Shown in pieces: positions 25,401-36,687 of a stretch of 64,000 nucleotides of DNA. Under the pieces are notes generated by a model. The model was not told the origin of the DNA. It searched no databases and saw only the letters and a program-made list of their open reading frames with translations. Source of the DNA: Patellaria atrata CBS 101060 (Eukaryota); contig MU006097.1 in assembly GCA_010093705.1 (NCBI GenBank), positions 135,905-199,904 of the forward strand. Reading direction: 5' to 3'. Each line of letters opens with the position of its first letter. Positions within the stretch are counted from its first letter, which is position 1. A program made the position numbers and the translations under genes.

Positions 25401-26227
25401 ATTGGGAAGCTCCACGTATGTCGTATGTTAGTTCTTGAGAGATGCCCCTGTATCGGGAATTATCGCACGTGGAACTGGACGTTAACCTTGTATAGAACCT
25501 TACGGAGGAGAAGAAATAATACAAAGTGCTAACGTATGTGAGAACCAAAAAGAGAAGAGAAAGCGGCGGTGGCGGGGGAGCAAAGGAGAGGCTGATAACA
25601 GCGCCGCGGTGATGCATGGAACAAACAACAACATGAATAACATAGCGAGCTAGGTACTCCGTAGATAATAAGGAGGAGAATGATTATGGATGTGCTGGCC
25701 TGCAGCAAAGCCGAAATCCAAGAGATCAGTTGTATGCTTTCAATAAGCAAAATAAACAGCGGGGGGCTACCTGTTTTTTATTTTCGTTTTCGCTGTCCGG
25801 CGCTCCAGGCAAAATCTGGCTTGGTTCCTTTTTTTTTGGGGTCGTGCTGAGAGGAACACTTGACCAGTGTTTCCCCCCTATCCATTCACCCCTCACCAGC
25901 GCCTCTTCCTCTCAAAGTATCGCATCCCGCGTCTCTAGACCAAAATTTCCATCCCATCTCTCATCACTCATCCCACCAGCTTCACCATCCCTTTAGCTGG
26001 GAAAACATACGCTCATCATTTCTAATTCATCACCGACATTAACTTCGACCTTGTGGTCATTCGTCAGTCGTACTCAGGTGACCCTTTGCGCTTCTACTGT
26101 AAATGCGGCATGCCAAATCATCATCAACAACTTTCTCAAAGCCCTCTCAACTAACGCCAGCGCGCTCGCGGCTTGCATCTCGATAACCTGTGCAGTTCTT
26201 TGATTGATATCGAACTACGCTTCACTG

Positions 26228-28896
26228 ATGCCCTCCGCAGCGATGATTGTATCGCCCTCTACATCCACCCGAAAAGCTCCTGCCAACCCACCCGAGAAGA
26301 AATACAAGTGTCAGTTCTGTAGTAGAGCCTTCAGCCGTAGCGAACATCGTAGTAGACACGAAAGATCACGTAAGTTTTGCATTTTTCGTCTTGTTTTGAT
26401 GATGGAAGTGGGTCCTTGATCGCGAGGTGGGGAGTGAACTCGAAAGCTAATTCATCGATTTACAATGCAGATACCAAAGAACGTCCTTTCAAATGCCTTA
26501 AATGTCGGAGCACCTTCGTCCGCCGCGATCTTCTCTTACGACATGATCGTACTGTGCACGCAAAGGACGGAGGCGTACCTCTACACCGCGAGGTCAAGCG
26601 GCGCTCTGCTCCAAAGGCCGCTGAACCAGCTGCTGACCCAGCTAAGTCCTCAGTCGGCATTGATACTGCGACACTGGAACAAATTGAAGCTAGCAGCGAG
26701 GAGATGGTAGATATCGAGACTGCTGCTATGCTGATGACCAATTTTCACCATAAAGCAATGGCAAGTCAAGAGCCGGAAATACACTATGATACAAGTGAAC
26801 ATGGACCCGCACTGCTCGAACCTTCCGTAGGATATAACTCAGGGGCAATGTCCCTCCCTCAGATGCCGCTTTGGGATTCGATGGTACCTCATTCAGTGAC
26901 GGAACCAAAGTCTCACTCCATCTCAGCGGGCATGCCAGGCTCTCAAGATTCTCCCATGTCATTTGTCACCTCAGGTACTGTTCAACAACATGCACATCAA
27001 CTAGCTCCGATTATGGAGAGGCAGATGTCAGGAAGTGATCCATTAGCTCCCAATTTTCAGTCACTCAGCAGTTCAATGTCAGTGTCAGGACTAGGTACCC
27101 CTGGAGCCCTTTCTCCATATCCATCTATGCTAGGTCCTGTTTCTCCTGTCGATTATCGTCGATCGCCGGGTCCCTCACAAGCTCTCACGGTTGCGAAAGC
27201 TCCCCAAATCGACTCAGAGGAGCAGTGTGCAAAGATAATCAACAATATCAAGAAATGCGACAGTGAAGCAGCATTGTTGGACACATTCCGCTTGCCGAGC
27301 GTTGCTGTACTCAATCGTTATCTGTCTACCTACTTCAATTTGTTCCACCACCATTTGCCATTCTTACATCCAGGTTCCTTCGATCCCACAGAGGCATCAG
27401 CGCCGCTTCTCCTTGCAGTATTGTCGATAGGCGCTTTGTATACATTCGAGCAAGATCAAGCATACATGTTACACATTGGGTCAAAAGTCCTCGTGAATCA
27501 GTTTTTACAGAATAAGGAAAACTTCAGTTCGCGCAAATGCCCTCTCTGGACTATGCAAAGCACATTGCTGAACATGATCTTTGCCAGTTGGAGTGGGGAT
27601 CCCAAAGGCTTGGAATGGGCTTGCTCTATCAAGAGTCTTCTTGCAAATGTAGGTTGTCACCCATCTTTCGATTTGAATCTTGGCTAAAGTATTTATAGAT
27701 GGTCGCAGGGAACAGGTATGAACTTAAGCTTCGATCTGAAGCTCGGGAAGGCGCACAGCCGAACCAACAAGAATGGATTGAAGATGAAGGATGCCGGCGT
27801 ACTTATTATGCTGTCTATATCTTCTTCGGGTTACTTACATTGACTTACAATCACACTCCTGCAATCAGTTTCAACGAATTTGACACTTTGGAGCTGCCTT
27901 CCTCCGAATCTCTATGGAACATCGATGCATCTGACGATGAATCTTGGCGTGAAAGTTTAGGAGCGTCTCCTGTCATAACATTTCGTGAAGCGCATGACAA
28001 TCTATTTCAAGGAGAGCCGGCCAGGTATAGCGCTTTCGCAACGCGAGTCATGATCAACGCGCTCTTCCTTGAGGTGTGGTACCACAAGCGGAGTCCTGAA
28101 GCTTTACAAGATGTCGTCACGGAGTACAAACTCAGACTTGCACTAGAAACTTGGGAAAAGTCTCTCGAGATTTGTGAACCAGAGACTGTTGTTGTTCAGC
28201 TGAGTGCTCCCCACAAAGGACATCCTCTTATTTTCAATGCTATGGCATTATATCGGAACACTAGAGCTCGCCTGCTCGTTGACCTCAAATCTATCCAAGA
28301 AGCACTCCGGTATCACGACTCATACGAGGTCGCTGCTGCGATGACAAATGCCCGAGATAAAGTACAACGCTCCCAGGAGATGATCAAGGTCATCCAAGAA
28401 TGCTTCGACTGTATTGAAGTCGCCGCACTGCAAGGTATTCGCTGGGTAGCTAGAACTTCTGCGACCAACTGGAGCGTGGAACACCCGCTTTGTGGGATGG
28501 ATCTCATGGTTATCCTCACTCTTTGGCTTTATCGTCTGGAACATGATGAAGAGCCAGCATCTGAGGATGAGCTCAATATGTATAACAAGCTACGTAACTT
28601 GTTCGATGATGACTCTGTCGATGTGTATGGAGCCAAACTCAGCTCTACCGTTGCTCGTCTATGGGGTAGCATGATTGACGAGGTGGTTGTTTGGGGGTAA
28701 GTTTTCCAATCCAATTGAATTACGCGGTTATTGATTCCTGTGTAGTATTACAAAACTCATGGGAGAAGCTTTCAAACTGCACTCGCAAGCTCTAGTCGGG
28801 TATGAGGATGCTATTTCCTCACGTTCCGGCTCCCCAACGCCGTCCATGGGCACATCACAACCTATCCAGGCCCTAGAGATGCAAGCAGCTTACTGA
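26228..28896 (+). CDS. Two C2H2 zinc fingers plus fungal-specific transcription factor domain (Adr1/Rst2/Klf1-like architecture)
   Basis: YKCQFCSRAFSRSEHRSRHERS|HTKERPFKCLKCRSTFVRRDLLLRHDRTVH; YFNLFHHHLPFLH, LLLAVLSIGALY, WIEDEGCRRTYY; last exon 28746-28896. Confidence 0.92.
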
Positions 28897-30539
28897 ACCT
28901 TACTTCTCGAAAACTTTACGCCTGAAACCCCAAAAAAGTAACGTAACGACCGTCACGATATCTAAAACAACATCTCGTCATCTTATCAGTACACGCTAGA
29001 TTGGCCTGGTCTTTTGTAGTCATCTCTCCATTCCTAGGAGCATGGCGTGGAGTTTCGGCTTGTACTTTCTTCCACTTTCCTTGATTTCCTTCAATCTCAT
29101 TCAAGACACGGGATTGGGACTGGCCACTAATGGTGGCAGGCTGGTTCAGGCGCAGTATTATATATATACCCTGGGGCTCAGGCTCGACATTCCCAAAAAC
29201 TGCTCTATCTTGCTCAGCTAAGCTTATCATTAATACCCTCATTCTGCGCGCTGGCTGGCCCCACGCCCTGCGGCTTGCGGTCCTGATTCTTTTGCTTTTG
29301 GGGTGGTCTGCAACTTGCTTTCAATCTGTTTCCCCTTCTCCACTTGAACTGAACCTAATATCACCCTTTCTTACAATCAATCCTCTTAAATCTCCTTTCC
29401 AGTCTTTCATTGGCCAGGGTGCATTTGCTTCACTTGCTTTTGTTGGTTATACCATGTTCGCTAAAGTCTTCATTTTCTATCTTTTCCCACCTGAGCTTTT
29501 TCTTGTCTCTAATTGCATCTGGGCTGGGGGCCCAGGGGGAGGGGTGCGGCGGAGGTAAATGTGGAAGGGAATTTGATGGGAATGGCTCGACACGGATATT
29601 AAGTTATGGGTATCCCCTTTTTATTTCCCTTACTCTGTATAAATAGACTTGGCGCTCGGTTGCGCCCTTTTGAGAAATATCACGGTTTTGTGGTCACCTT
29701 TTGGTTTGCTTGAGATCTGTTCGTTGATGTGATTCAATGTTTTGAAGTATCCTTAAGAGACACCCACGCAACTCGTAAGCTCGTTCCTCATCAGTACAAC
29801 CAGATGATCGAAATTACGTCGGATGGTCAACATCATTAGCAGCGGCAGCAGCAGGAGCCAAAATAAATCCTACCGTAAGACCCATCGATCACGCTCGTTC
29901 ATATGGCGAGGTACATATTTACAACGAAGTGCGGTAAGAGCCAGGAACTGATATCACCTCAGCAACGCAGATGAAGCACGAGAATGCATCAAGAGAAAAG
30001 AAGCACCAAGACCTCGCAATGAGATGAAGAGAACGGAAATTCAATCACAAGGGCACAGAAACAACGTCGACGTATGCTCATTAATGGAGCGATTGGTCAA
30101 TAAATTACTCTCAACCCAATTGCCGACTGAGGTACCTATGTCTAAGACGGGATGATAACCTCCCATCTCGAGTTTTTCCATCCCAGACACCACGCTGTAG
30201 TACCGCTGAAAAAAAAAGCAATTATCTAAATACGACTATAACCGCCCAAGCCAGTTTTTTTTTTTCACTGGAATGCCGCTGAATAAACATAGGGGAACCG
30301 TGATCTATAAGATGCGAACGTAACGCAAAACCTCAAGCGAATAGGAAAAAGAGAGCTCTTGCTCTTGGTGCTGTCATAAAAAGGGTATAACCTCCGATCC
30401 CGTCGTAGCCGACCCAATGCAGAAGAGAAGAAAGGGAAAATGAAAGAATTGGAATGGTTGAGAGGTGAGAAGTGCTGGGAACGAGAATGATAAATAGTGA
30501 TCCTGGTACCTCGAAGGAGGTGGAAAATCAAAAGTTCAT

Positions 30540-31901
30540 CTACTGCTGCTCCAAAGAATACTCCGGAGCCTCTTCCAAATCGTTCGTATCAAACTCCTCG
30601 ATGGTATTATATGTCGGCGGGCTAGCCGGCACATCCTCGTACATAGGTGGCTGCTCCTCGTCCCAGGAGATGCCAAGGCCCGCCCTCTCCGTAACGGTCA
30701 ACTGCAAACTCGTCTTCAGCACCCTAGCAGCACCCGTCGGCGTCGCCTGGTTCGGCTTCTTGTTCGGGGCCCACTCCTCCGCGATGACGAGCTCCAAGAC
30801 GAGCGTATGCGTGATGCCCAGCCCGTTCTCAGCCTCGACGTTGCAAGAGGGTTTCAGGCGCGTGTTGATGGCGGCGTGGAATTCGGCGTGGATGTCACCG
30901 GCCTCGAAGTCGGATTTCCAGGGCGTCTTAACCTCTTCCTGCGCGATCGGGCGCGGGTCCTCTTCGCGCAGGATGCCCTTGTGCTCGCCGCCGAGCTTGG
31001 CGCTGTGCTTGGGGCAGGCCGGCACGATCATCTTCTCGTGCTCGTCGATGCGCCAGAGGAGGCGGCGGAGTCGCCAGCGCGTCTGGGATTGCTCGTTCTT
31101 GGTTGTCACGCCGGAGATGCGGAGGGTGACGGGGAAGTCGCCGATCGGGTGAATCACGGGATCGAGGGAGATGTGGGCGGTGATGTTGGTCGGGGGGAAG
31201 ACCCGCGTGGAGACTTTCTCGTTGCCGGGCGCTACGGCGCGTTTGATCTCTATGGGTTGCTTGAAGGAGATGATGTCGCCGGTTGTGGTGGTGGCGCGGA
31301 CGGAGAGGATGTATTCGATTTGCGCGAGATGGCCGTGTGTCGTTGCTGGCAGATGGCCCGGTAAGAGGTAACTGAAGGGGAATTGGCGGTTTTCGGAGCC
31401 ATGTTTGAGTTTAAGGGGTTGGCTGAGGAAGTCCCACTTCTTGAGTTCTGTGACCTGGGTGGAGCATTCTGCACAATGTTTCTCTACCGGTTTCGAAACG
31501 TTGACCATGATATCCAACCTGGCGTCGAATTTCTCGAGCGTGATTCCGGCCGGATCCAGGACGTCAAATCTCATTCGTGCGGAGAACAGGGCTCCTTGGG
31601 ATGTCTGGGGAGTGCCAAGCAGCAGCATCGGTGGTGATTCGACTATCATATCCAGCTTCGCAACCTTGTGAGCTTCCAATTTTGGACTCTTCTTGTGTTT
31701 ATGGTCGTGCACAAGGTGCTTACCACCAATGCTGAGTCGCTTCATGGCGTTGTCCATTTTGTCGCCTTTTGAGAGCTCGTAATGTGACGGTATCAGAGGG
31801 GAAGTTGGAGGGGTAACTCCAGGAAGTATAGGAACGTCGAGGGATGACGATGATGATGAGAAGGAGCCACGAGGGCGAAAGTGGAATAATCTGCCAACCA
31901 T
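30540..31901 (-). CDS. Arrestin-related trafficking adaptor (Ldb19/Art1-like)
   Basis: Single 453-aa ORF; ESPP, FPFSYLLPGHLPAT, RVFPPTN, RWRLRRLLWRIDE, ERAGLGISWDEEQPPMY and PPTY (PPxY Rsp5-binding motifs). Confidence 0.88.
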   Translation of the reverse strand: MVGRLFHFRPRGSFSSSSSSLDVPILPGVTPPTSPLIPSHYELSKGDKMDNAMKRLSIGGKHLVHDHKHKKSPKLEAHKVAKLDMIVESPPMLLLGTPQTSQGALFSARMRFDVLDPAGITLEKFDARLDIMVNVSKPVEKHCAECSTQVTELKKWDFLSQPLKLKHGSENRQFPFSYLLPGHLPATTHGHLAQIEYILSVRATTTTGDIISFKQPIEIKRAVAPGNEKVSTRVFPPTNITAHISLDPVIHPIGDFPVTLRISGVTTKNEQSQTRWRLRRLLWRIDEHEKMIVPACPKHSAKLGGEHKGILREEDPRPIAQEEVKTPWKSDFEAGDIHAEFHAAINTRLKPSCNVEAENGLGITHTLVLELVIAEEWAPNKKPNQATPTGAARVLKTSLQLTVTERAGLGISWDEEQPPMYEDVPASPPTYNTIEEFDTNDLEEAPEYSLEQQ

Positions 31902-32560
31902 ACTGATAGAGGAAGTGATAGCCGGGGATAAAGGGGAGGAAAGAGCTAGTTCTAGTGGGACTACTGAGAGATTGCGCGCAGATTCAAGTTTCTTAGAGTA
32001 GGTTTTGCATCAACGAACATAATTGGTCATCGAGGAGGAGTATCAAAGGGGAAGATGTGATGCAGAGCGGAAAAAGCAGAAAAAATGAGAGTGAGAGTTT
32101 GGAGAGGCAATGGAGAAATCTATATAATGGTAATACAAACCTGAAAGCAGGGGCTTACGTTTGAGTGATGTTGCCATTCCGAGTTGTTATGACTATTGAG
32201 TATCGAGTTATGCCTGGGTAGAAGTAGAATACGCGACGAAAAACTTGAGGTTGCGTGTGGCCACTACCACTCTGGACCCAGTCGTAACAGTTAGCTCACC
32301 AGGCGCCCAGGAGGCCCCAGTTACTTGTGAAGTACTTGTTAGTCAACACGAACGCTGACGCACCAACGAGGTAACATGCGCGCATATACTGCCCCGCGAG
32401 TGGCCGCTTTGCCCGCCGGTGAGGTCTCCTGACCGTACTTCTAGTTGTCATTTGCTGACATCAAAACCGAATTCCAGCCAGTCGTTCTCTTTAAAAGACT
32501 TATTTAATCACCAGCTATGGCCGCTCCTTGGCCACAATAAATCTCATCAATAATAACCGT

Positions 32561-32579
32561 AAAAAAAAAAAAAAAAAAA
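32561..32579. repeat. Poly(dA) tract, 19 nt
   Basis: Run of A directly visible, upstream of the arrestin gene. Confidence 0.9.
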
Positions 32580-34802
32580 CCTGACTCAAGCTTTGGCCAG
32601 CCTTACCAAGCCCACAGCTACCCAGATGTCCCCCGGGCCACAGCGAAAAATGTCATGGGATACGACGTGGTGACTCCGAAGAACCAGACGGAAATTTCAG
32701 GTTGTAAAAGGTAAAGGACAGTCTGTCGTCTGCTGAAGGAAAGCTCGTTCCAATTTCGGGATACCAACCGCATCCCGGTATCATCGTCACATGTTCGGAG
32801 TCTGGAGTCGGAATCCTGTAGGTGAAAGCCACATCTATCTAGATGACGCTCTGTCGCCTCTTCACGACATGCTCTTCTCAGACTGTAGCGACTTCGTGAT
32901 AATCTGCTCGCAAACGCCTTAGCATCATTTTCCCCGCATTGCGGTGTTGCGGGGCACGTAGAGGGCGCAACGGGTTACTCTCCTAGGGAAGGGCGGCCAA
33001 CGGGAAGCATATTCCCCTTACTTTCTTCACCGTGTGATGTGTTACCTTATGTTTAGAAATTGAAGAAGCATCTCCTCGGAAACTCCAAGTCTTAGGTCAT
33101 CTTTAGCCCTGCGGAAGCGGAACGCAATAAAAGAAATCCCTTGGATGCTGCACAGTAACTGCAAGCTGTCGTTGATCAGCCGCATGTACAGTACAGGATC
33201 ATTTGTTCCTGCGCACCCCACAGCTTGGTCTTTGGCTGTTGGCTCGTCTAAAAGTCTTCGTTGTTGTTTAGGTAATTGACACGCACGTCGCTCGATACTC
33301 TCATCTCTCTTAGGGGTGGTGCAACAAGACGCGCCTTTCCTTCGCACCTCTAGATCCAAGCACGTTGGCTCCAATACGAGGAAAATACCAGTGTATACAC
33401 ATGTACAATCGAGTAATAGAATCCACCTACCCGCCGCCGGCTTCTAGAAAATTTGTCTAAAGTACCGACGGAAGTCAATTCTCACGCTGTAGCCCCCGGC
33501 TATAACCCTAGTAGCGATCGAACAGGACACCAGTCAGGCTTAGCTTAAGCATAAAAGTTCTCTCCAACCAGATCTCCACCTGGAACTTTGGCAGTTACTA
33601 GCTCCTTCAGGTATTTCTATTACTCGATCGCACACTATTAACGTTGAAATCCCATACTCAACGTATGACATGCCAAGGAAGCATTTTACATTACTTCCAG
33701 AATTCCCATCAAGGTACCCGCCAGTCGGAGAGGACCGAGGAACATCGTGGATGGAAAATCTACTCCTTTGGATGACCGCTTCCGCGAGGATCGCCACGGA
33801 TCCTGAATATACAACGACATCGTGGAAAGAGAAGATTCCCGGGTGAATTTGCTGAGTCGGATGCAATTCTTGTTTTGCAATTCGAAGACATTTTTACGTC
33901 GACCTCACCAATATCTTCCTCCCGTTTGTGCTTCCAACCCTGCCAGACAACAGCTGTAGCATAAAAGCAATGTTATGCTAATAGTATTATCGTCCCAAAC
34001 TTATACACAATATTGACGATCAGTTTGCGACCCATCCTTATGGATCAGGTTCTGAACGCAGGTAGGCGATACGATGGTGTGCTTACTTTGTGATATAACG
34101 ACAGGATACATAAGATAGAGCCACGAGCGTTTTCAAAATCCTATTGTCTCATAAAAACTATACTCAACCGATATGGACGATATTCATCGCCATATTTGCC
34201 GCGTATGGCATACAAAGCACACTACATGTACACGTTAGAAAGGTGGGTAACTGCACTGCCGCCGCTTACCTGTAGTTCATGGTTCATTTCATGTCAACAT
34301 ATGATTTAAAAATCAGATAGGTAGGGCGATCACCACACATCAGCTTATATCTCTCAGTATCTTAGGAAAGGATAGATTATTTATTTGGAATACTTTTCGA
34401 AACATCTACGCGCTTTTTCAAGATAATGGATATAGAAATTGACGAGCTATGGGCCAGTAGAAATTTCTTGTTGGAAGACGCCCCAGTAGGGTGGCCTAAG
34501 GTGACTCTTCAGAGCCTGAGACTCCGCGAGCTTCAATAAATCTGTAGATGACTGGTCTGTCATCCAGCTCTCATTCCTTTTTCTATATTGGCAATGACTT
34601 TCCTTGTACTTCCTTCGGCATCTTGATCGATGAGGTGCTCTCATTATACCACTCTGGCCCTCTGTCGAAACAATATGATAATGCAACGCATACCCTTCCC
34701 GTTCTCTAAATCGCATATGTACGGAAATACCCTAGAGATTCCTTAGGGTAATAGGTAAAAGGTAATACAAGGAACCAGTTGCTACTCCTAGACGGCGAAA
34801 CC

Positions 34803-35424
34803 TTAATCAAACTTCTCCTTCATTCTGCGTTCTCTTCGTGTCCAGTCATATCTGAATGTTTGGGTACAGTAAACCCGAGCTTTCCTGTACTTTTCTGTAA
34901 TTCTGTACAGCCCGGTCATTCTGATCAGTCGGGTCCTTTTATACAGTCTACTGATCCAGTAGTGTCTAGCCAGTTTGTACAATCCATTGTCCCCGTACAA
35001 TATGCTCCTTCCTTGCGGACCCTTGCTCGCGCGCCGTCCGCTCTTTCCACCTAAGATGTGCAGCTCGCTCATCACGTCCACTCTATTGATTTGGTTGCCG
35101 GGGCAACCGCTCCTCACCTTCCCCAACTCTCAAGTCGCTACTTCTCATTTCGTCAAGGAGTCTCGTATTTCCGCGGTTAGGGTAGCCCTTCAAAGCATGC
35201 CTAGACGCCTATAGCTCCTTCCGCGCTTGCGGCCGTTTCTTATAGTACGGGACCGTTACGTGAGTTTCCACTACCTCCGGTACTGCCCACCCCTCCCCTA
35301 CGAGCCAGCTTCCTGTACAGTCTACCCAGCCTTCAATATTTTTTTATATTTATCTTCCTCTTTCGTTAACTCTTTCTGAAGTCCTCTTGAACCATAGCTC
35401 TTCTACATATGGTTCAACTAGCAT
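34803..35424 (-). pseudogene. Decayed coding-like frame with several TAA/TAG stops (possible RIP relic)
   Basis: Minus-strand frame from ATG 35424: MLVEPYVEELWFKRTSERVNERGR*I*KNIEGWVDCTGSWLVGEGWAVPEVVETHVTVPYYKKRPQARKEL*ASRH...; most stops are TAA/TAG. No recognised domain. Confidence 0.3.
35093..35108. promoter_or_regulatory. RFX X-box-like near-palindrome GGTTGCCGGGGCAACC
   Basis: Matches GTNRCC-N(0-3)-RGYAAC; near-identical copy at 36672. Confidence 0.45.
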
Positions 35425-36671
35425 GCGGAGTAAAAAGCCGAAGCGCTATCCAAGTCCAATACGAGGATTAGGTAAACGCACTGTAAATGGTTCAGAATGA
35501 AATTTTATGAAACAAAACTTGTTTAGTGGTTCCGGAATAGCACAACATACCTAAAATCCTTTCTTCCCCCATTAGGGACGGATAATTCGAGAAACTAGCA
35601 GACCAGTGCATCTTCGAATTCCTTTTGCTAAGTTTAGATTTTTTAGATTTTTTTTTTCTTTCGTTTTCTGCTCCTGTGTATAATATATCCTCCTCCCATA
35701 CTATGAAAGGACAAAGACCATACTCCATCGAGGAAACATCGCTCATATTTAACTCTACCATTTCTCACCATCTCTATACAATATGAGCGCAAAGTAGCCC
35801 GTAACATGCACGACAACAACCTTACAATCATGCTCCCGTTGCTAAGCCCTCTCTCTCTTCCCGTACCCCTTACACCATATCAGGGCCGTCAAACTGTCCA
35901 TCCAGACCGTGTACTCTGAGGTTGTTAGTCCGTATAGAGTAATCAAGTATAGAGAGGATTAAGAAATTCTCTAGATGTGGAAGGATACGAGAGATATAGT
36001 TAAGGAACGGTCGCATACCGTCCATCGAGCTGGAGCATCCAATGTAGCGGGTTCCGAGAGGGGGTTGAGCGAATGATTATGTAGTATCTGGGTTTCGAAC
36101 CTGCGCTTACTTCACGTATACACGCTTCGCGTAACTCTCGTTGGATGTACTCGTCCTCAGTTGTGTCCCTCCCTACCTACCTTCCCTTCTGACTCTGGGG
36201 TGAAAAGGGAGCCGGATGTTACGGACCTGAAAACGTACCGGCGAATCGAAGCAGCTTGCACGGTACGCTCTCTCGTAGCGGCTTTATGCACGTATCTAGT
36301 CCTCATAAAACCCTTAACGCTGGTGTTGCGCGTGGAACCATCGTGCTAAGCAGAAGCGTGACGAGCCCTGAACAGATCCTCCAGCGGTTTTATTTTTACT
36401 TCCGCTTGTGGGAGAATGCTGGGTGTGATTATATAAGTTCAGGTGTTATTGTAGTTGGTATTATTATTCCGGGGGATAGCATGGAGGGAAAGGGAATCGC
36501 CGAACAGGGGAAGCTGAGTGTGTGGAAGGAGCCTGGGGTGACAAAGAAGGGATAAAAGTCAAAACGCCGCGATTTCCTTCTTTATAGCTCACTGTGACCA
36601 TAGTTGACTATATACAAAAGGCATCTCCAAATATTACATGCTCTCGACCCATGATAGCGAGCCTTTCGCTA

Positions 36672-36687
36672 GGTTGCCCGGGCAACC
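36672..36687. promoter_or_regulatory. Perfect 16-bp palindrome GGTTGCCCGGGCAACC, RFX X-box-like
   Basis: Self-complementary; matches the X-box consensus; second copy at 35093. Confidence 0.5.

Noticed and set aside
29130..29646. Hydrophobic 142-aa ORF
   Set aside because: Arises from a pyrimidine-rich probable 3' UTR of the C2H2 gene; no motifs.
30472..31671. Long plus-strand ORFs (226 and 185 aa and others)
   Set aside because: Antisense shadows of the GC-rich arrestin CDS.
33490..35190. Telomere-template-like words (TAACCCTA, GGTTAGGGTA) suggesting telomerase RNA
   Set aside because: Too short, with no recognisable pseudoknot or conserved flanking blocks.
36075..36150. Minus-strand GCGCAGGTTCGAAACC and plus-strand TGTAGTATCTG (tRNA- or U2-like words)
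   Set aside because: Short isolated matches with no cloverleaf or U2 context.
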